This document shows positions 14,701 through 18,606 of a DNA stretch of 18,606 nt, one piece after another. Source of the stretch: an uncultured Oligoflexus sp. (GTDB lineage: Bacteria > Bdellovibrionota_B > Oligoflexia > Oligoflexales > Oligoflexaceae); the NCBI GenBank assembly GCA_964236955.1, contig CAXSGP010000093.1, positions 1 through 18,606 of the forward strand, given 5' to 3'. The number at the start of each line of letters is the position of its first letter. Position 1 is the stretch's first letter. The notes beneath the pieces were generated by a model that was not told where the DNA came from, did not search any database, and worked only from the letters and a program-made list of their open reading frames with translations. A program made the translations under genes and the position numbers.

Positions 14701-16611
14701 ATGAGTCAAGCCCGTCAAAGAGGTATTTTTTCACGCGTGATGCGTAGCATTTTCATGATCTTTACCGGCTATTTTGCCCTGTTGGGAATCCTGGTGACCA
14801 CGGTCAGTTTGTTGATAGGAATCGGCATCTATAAAAAGCTTAAGAGTCCCGATGGTTTTGATGTCAAACCCAAACAGGCTGCCGCCCCGGTCGAGATCGA
14901 CGATTCTATACTGAAAATAACCATTGATCGCGGCATCGTCTCCGAAACGCTCAGTGATCGGCAAAAATTATTCAGCCAGATTTTTGCTAGCGAAATGCCG
15001 ATGACGCTTGGCGAACTCGATGCCGGACTGCGACACGCGGCCGAAGATAAACGGGTGAAGGGTATCCTCATCGATGTGGAAAACGGCGGTGCCGACTTTG
15101 TCACCACCAGCGCCCTGCGCCGTTCGCTGCTTAAGTATCAAGCCAGTGAAAAGCCGCTCTTTGTGCATCTTAACGAAGGCGATACGCTCCTCTATTATCT
15201 GGCGTCAACCGCATCCAAGATCAATCTTGCCCCGGTCAGTGGCCTGAGCATTCCCGGGCCAGCCTTTCAACTCACCTATTTCGGAGCGGCGCTTAAAAAG
15301 CTTGGCGTCGAACTGGAGGTGGTGCGGGCTGGTAAATTTAAGTCGGCGATGGAACCGTTCGTCCTCGACCAGCCATCGCCCGAGACCCTGGAAATGTACG
15401 GCGCCATCGAGGGATCCTTGCGTTCCACCTTGATCGAGGGCATTGCAACGGGCCGCAAAAAAACCAAAGAACAGGTCGACGCCTGGCTTAAGCGATCGAT
15501 GTTTACCAGCCAGCAATCGCTGCAGCAGGGCCTGGTCGATCGCATCGGTTATCTGCCGCAGTGGGTGGACGAAATCAAAGCTGAAGTGAAGGCCAAGAAT
15601 GTCATCGATCTCGATAAGTACAACAGCGCTACGGAGGACATGGACAGTTCACGCAAAGCCCCCCTTATGGGCAGTGGCGAAGAGCCGTCGATAGCCTTGA
15701 TCGAAGCCTCGGGTGAAATCGTCATGGATGCGGGCGGAGAGTCCTCGGGCCGGATCACCCCGAAAGGCCTTATTCCCCAGCTTAAATGGGCCCGGGAGCG
15801 AGATGCCGTCAAGGCGGTTGTGTTGCGCATCGACAGTCCCGGTGGATCAGCCCTCGCATCGGATTTAATCTGGGACGAGGTTCGTAAGCTTTCTGAGAAA
15901 AAACCGCTGGTCGTGTCGATGGGCGCGGTCGCCGCTTCGGGTGGTTATTATATCGCGGCTCCAGCGACACTTATCGTCGCCGAACCTACGACCATCACGG
16001 GTTCGATCGGCGTGATCGGTGCGGCTCCAAAAGGTCTACAGGTCGCTGAAAAATGGGGTGTTTCCTTTCATCTCATCACTCAGTCGGAAAGAAAGAGTTA
16101 CCTCAATTTCAGCACGAGGAGCTCGGACCAGGATAAACAGATTTTGGGCGAATCGATCGATGAAACTTATAACGCTTTTGTAAATAAAGTGGCGAGCGGC
16201 CGGAAACAGGATCCCCAGCATATCTTTGCCATAGCGCAGGGCCGTGTCTATACCGGCCTGGAAGCTACCAAGCTCGGTCTGGTCGATAAGCTCGGTGGCC
16301 GCGACGAAGCCATTCGTGAAGCTGAAGTCCTGGCTAAATTAGATCCCGAAAAGCTGAATAAGATGGAACGTTATGAACCCGAAGATGAATCGATGCTCGA
16401 TTGTTTGATCGGTGGCAGCTTTTGGGAATGTGTAAAAGAAATGCGTTCGGGAGCGAGGAGCGGCCTCGCCAGCCTGAAAGAAAGCAGTACCCAACCCGGG
16501 CTTCGGCTGCCCCTCGCGACTGTCGAACAGATCGAGCGTCTTCTTAATGATTCCAGCGTCCTGGCTTACTGGCCCGGTGCAGTGGTCTGGACCCCAGGGA
16601 AAGGGCGATAG
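14701..16611 (+). CDS. sppA: Signal peptide peptidase SppA, long two-domain form (peptidase S49)
   Basis: N-terminal TM, RAGKFKSAMEP (catalytic Lys region), RIDSPGGS, SMGAVAASGGY (catalytic Ser), ITGSIGV, AQGRVYTG, GLVD. Start ATG 14701 or GTG 14689. Confidence 0.95.
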   Translation: MSQARQRGIFSRVMRSIFMIFTGYFALLGILVTTVSLLIGIGIYKKLKSPDGFDVKPKQAAAPVEIDDSILKITIDRGIVSETLSDRQKLFSQIFASEMPMTLGELDAGLRHAAEDKRVKGILIDVENGGADFVTTSALRRSLLKYQASEKPLFVHLNEGDTLLYYLASTASKINLAPVSGLSIPGPAFQLTYFGAALKKLGVELEVVRAGKFKSAMEPFVLDQPSPETLEMYGAIEGSLRSTLIEGIATGRKKTKEQVDAWLKRSMFTSQQSLQQGLVDRIGYLPQWVDEIKAEVKAKNVIDLDKYNSATEDMDSSRKAPLMGSGEEPSIALIEASGEIVMDAGGESSGRITPKGLIPQLKWARERDAVKAVVLRIDSPGGSALASDLIWDEVRKLSEKKPLVVSMGAVAASGGYYIAAPATLIVAEPTTITGSIGVIGAAPKGLQVAEKWGVSFHLITQSERKSYLNFSTRSSDQDKQILGESIDETYNAFVNKVASGRKQDPQHIFAIAQGRVYTGLEATKLGLVDKLGGRDEAIREAEVLAKLDPEKLNKMERYEPEDESMLDCLIGGSFWECVKEMRSGARSGLASLKESSTQPGLRLPLATVEQIERLLNDSSVLAYWPGAVVWTPGKGR

Positions 16612-16612
16612 C

Positions 16613-17500
16613 GTGTTATCTGCTGATGTATTGGCAAAGATTCGTTTGCTGGAGCTTAAAGCAGATCACCTGGCTTCCGACCTGTTGCTTGGCGACTACG
16701 TCAGCGCCTTTAAGGGGCGCGGCTGGGACTTCGAAGAGCTGCGTGAGTATGTACCTGGCGATGACTTGCGCAGTATCGATTGGAACGTGACGGCCCGTAC
16801 CAGTGCACCCTTTGTTAAAGTCTATCGCGAGGAACGCGATATGACGCTAATGGTTCTGCTCGACGTCAGTTCCTCGCTTTACTTTACCGGGCTTGGCCGT
16901 CCCAAACATGAAATGGCGGCGGAACTGGCTGCGGTTTTGGCATTTCTTGCCACCAGGCATAAAGACAAAATCGGTTTGCTGCTCTTCTCCGATACAGTCG
17001 AACATTACACGCCGCCCAGCAAAGGGCGAAAGCATGTCTGGGACATTATTCGCCGGGTCTTGACTCACAAGGCCCAAGGCCAGGGCACCGATCTGGAGGG
17101 CGCCCTGCGGTATTTTATGAATATTCGCAAGAAACGGGCTCTGGTCTTTCTTATTTCCGATTTTTACGCAGACTATCAATCAGGCCTTATCCGTCAGCTG
17201 GCCGGCAGTCATGAGCTCGTCTGTGCGCGCATCACCGATGAGGCCGAAGAGAGTCTGCCTTCAGCCGGCATCGTGGCTATGGAGGATAAGGAATCCGGGG
17301 AAAAGATCTACGTGAATACCGATGATCCCCATTTTCGCCGCGAATGGGCCGGGCAGCAGAAAAAAGCCATGGCCGACTGGCGGCAGATGGTGCGGGCAGC
17401 GGGAGCAACGGCACTGCTCATGCCGACGAAAACTTCGGTAGGCGACAGCCTTCAGACCTTTTTGCGGCAACGCGATGTTCAGCGGCGGAGACTGCGATGA
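16613..17500 (+). CDS. DUF58 family protein (vWA-like, MoxR-associated)
   Basis: SAFKGRGWDFEELREYVPGDDLRSIDWNVTAR, LLDVSSS, FLISDF. GTG start 1 nt after the sppA stop. Confidence 0.93.
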   Translation: MLSADVLAKIRLLELKADHLASDLLLGDYVSAFKGRGWDFEELREYVPGDDLRSIDWNVTARTSAPFVKVYREERDMTLMVLLDVSSSLYFTGLGRPKHEMAAELAAVLAFLATRHKDKIGLLLFSDTVEHYTPPSKGRKHVWDIIRRVLTHKAQGQGTDLEGALRYFMNIRKKRALVFLISDFYADYQSGLIRQLAGSHELVCARITDEAEESLPSAGIVAMEDKESGEKIYVNTDDPHFRREWAGQQKKAMADWRQMVRAAGATALLMPTKTSVGDSLQTFLRQRDVQRRRLR

Positions 17501-18489
17501 ACTTTGAGTATCCTTGGGGGGCAGTGGCTCTCGTCCTTCTGCCGCTCCTTTACCTCTGGCAAATTAAATGCGATGGCCGGCGCGCGGGCTTTGGTTTTCC
17601 AAGTATTCAAACCTTCCGCAGTTACCATTGGGGCAGTTGGTGGCAAAGATATATGCCTTTGCTCCTCCGCGGCGCGACGCTCGTCTGTCTGCTCCTTGCT
17701 GCCATGCGGCCCCTGGGTGGCGAAAAATCTATAAAAAAGCATAGCGAAGGCCTCGATATCATGCTTGCCCTGGATACCTCGCAAAGTATGCTGGCGATGG
17801 ATTTTCTGGTCAATAATGAGCGGCAGAATCGCGTCGATGTTGTGAAGCATGTGGTGGAAGACTTTATTTCAAGCCGGCCCGATGATCGGATCGGACTGGT
17901 CGTGTTTGGGTCCGAAGCCTTTACGCAGGCGCCGCTGACGATGGATCATCAGGTTCTCCTGCAGTTTTTAAAGCATGTGAAAGTTGGAATGGCAGGTCCC
18001 GAAACCGCAATAGGGGATGGTCTGGGAGCGGCCATCAAACGGATCAAGGACGTCCCGGCACCCTCGAAGATCGTCATTCTCCTTACCGATGGTGACAATA
18101 CCGCAGGCACGATCGATCCGATGGAGGCCGCCCAACTTGCCAAAACCCTTGGCATCAAAGTTTATACGATAGCCGTAGGCAGCAACGAACCCGTGCCCTT
18201 TCCGGTGCAGGGGTTTTGGGGAACCGAATATAGAAATCAGCTGATACGGATGAATACCGAACTGCTTAAAAAAATGGCCGATCTTAGCGGCGCCCGCAGT
18301 TTTGTCGCCAAAGACACCGAAACGCTAACCAATATCTACAAGACGATCGACAGGCTCGAAAAGAATAAGCAGGAATGGGAAGATCCCCTTGAACGCGAAG
18401 AGCGGGCGTGGGTCTTTCTTCTAGGCGCCTTGGCCTTTTTGCTAGGGGAACAACTGTGGCTGGCGACGCGGTGGAGGGTGATTCCTTGA
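17497..18489 (+). CDS. batA: BatA-like vWA domain membrane protein
   Basis: MNFEYPW double-TM N-terminus, MIDAS motif LDTSQSM, DRIGLVVF, QAPLTMD, TAIGDG, ILLTDG, C-terminal TM. ATGA overlap with DUF58. Confidence 0.92.
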   Translation: MNFEYPWGAVALVLLPLLYLWQIKCDGRRAGFGFPSIQTFRSYHWGSWWQRYMPLLLRGATLVCLLLAAMRPLGGEKSIKKHSEGLDIMLALDTSQSMLAMDFLVNNERQNRVDVVKHVVEDFISSRPDDRIGLVVFGSEAFTQAPLTMDHQVLLQFLKHVKVGMAGPETAIGDGLGAAIKRIKDVPAPSKIVILLTDGDNTAGTIDPMEAAQLAKTLGIKVYTIAVGSNEPVPFPVQGFWGTEYRNQLIRMNTELLKKMADLSGARSFVAKDTETLTNIYKTIDRLEKNKQEWEDPLEREERAWVFLLGALAFLLGEQLWLATRWRVIP

Positions 18490-18606
18490 ATTTTGCTGAA
18501 CATAAGTATCTCTATGGCCTGCTGCCCCTTATCCTTTTGTTGGTCCTCGTCCGGGCCATAAGCCGGAAAAACTATCGGCGTCGGCTCACTCTATTGTCGA
18601 GTCAAT
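18486..18606 (+). CDS. batB: Partial BatB-like protein, N-terminus only, runs off the window
   Basis: TTGA overlap with the batA stop. Open frame MNFAEHKYLYGLLPLILLLVLVRAISRKNYRRRLTLLSSQ matches the Bat N-terminal pattern and usual gene order. Confidence 0.65.
   Translation, partial: MNFAEHKYLYGLLPLILLLVLVRAISRKNYRRRLTLLSSQ

Noticed and set aside
16547..17496. Apparent long overlaps sppA/DUF58 (from 16547) and DUF58/batA (from 17344)
   Set aside because: Artefacts of longest-ORF calling. Starts at 16613 and 17497 give normal translational coupling.
1..18606. tRNA, rRNA, IS, integrase or phage genes
   Set aside because: None recognised. Intergenic gaps are short and no ORF shows transposase, recombinase or phage motifs.

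Overview
Gene-dense, apparently core chromosomal DNA from a diderm bacterium. The gene content suggests a deltaproteobacteria-like or Bdellovibrionota/Oligoflexia-like host, but that is inference only. I find 19 complete CDS and one partial CDS, and no rRNA, tRNA, CRISPR array or mobile element. In order: secreted helical protein; ACC deaminase/D-cysteine desulfhydrase-family PLP enzyme; membrane-anchored SH3b-like protein; lysophospholipase-type hydrolase; 74-aa CxxC-CxxC protein; a coupled operon of two small beta-barrel proteins plus a matrixin metalloprotease with a Cys-containing C-terminal sorting signal; membrane class III nucleotide cyclase; mgtE; orphan GAF-GAF histidine kinase; hpf/raiA with a sigma54-like promoter; lytic transglycosylase with a small membrane protein; degenerate PilZ-like protein with a sigma28-like promoter; pentapeptide-repeat protein; and sppA-DUF58-batA-batB(partial). 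The best candidates for something undescribed are (1) the barrel-barrel-protease surface module, (2) a Bat operon led by SppA rather than a MoxR ATPase, and (3) a possible cyclic-nucleotide circuit linking the atypical cyclase to the NKFDE-type GAF kinase. All three are hypotheses from motif reading and gene order; no searches were run.
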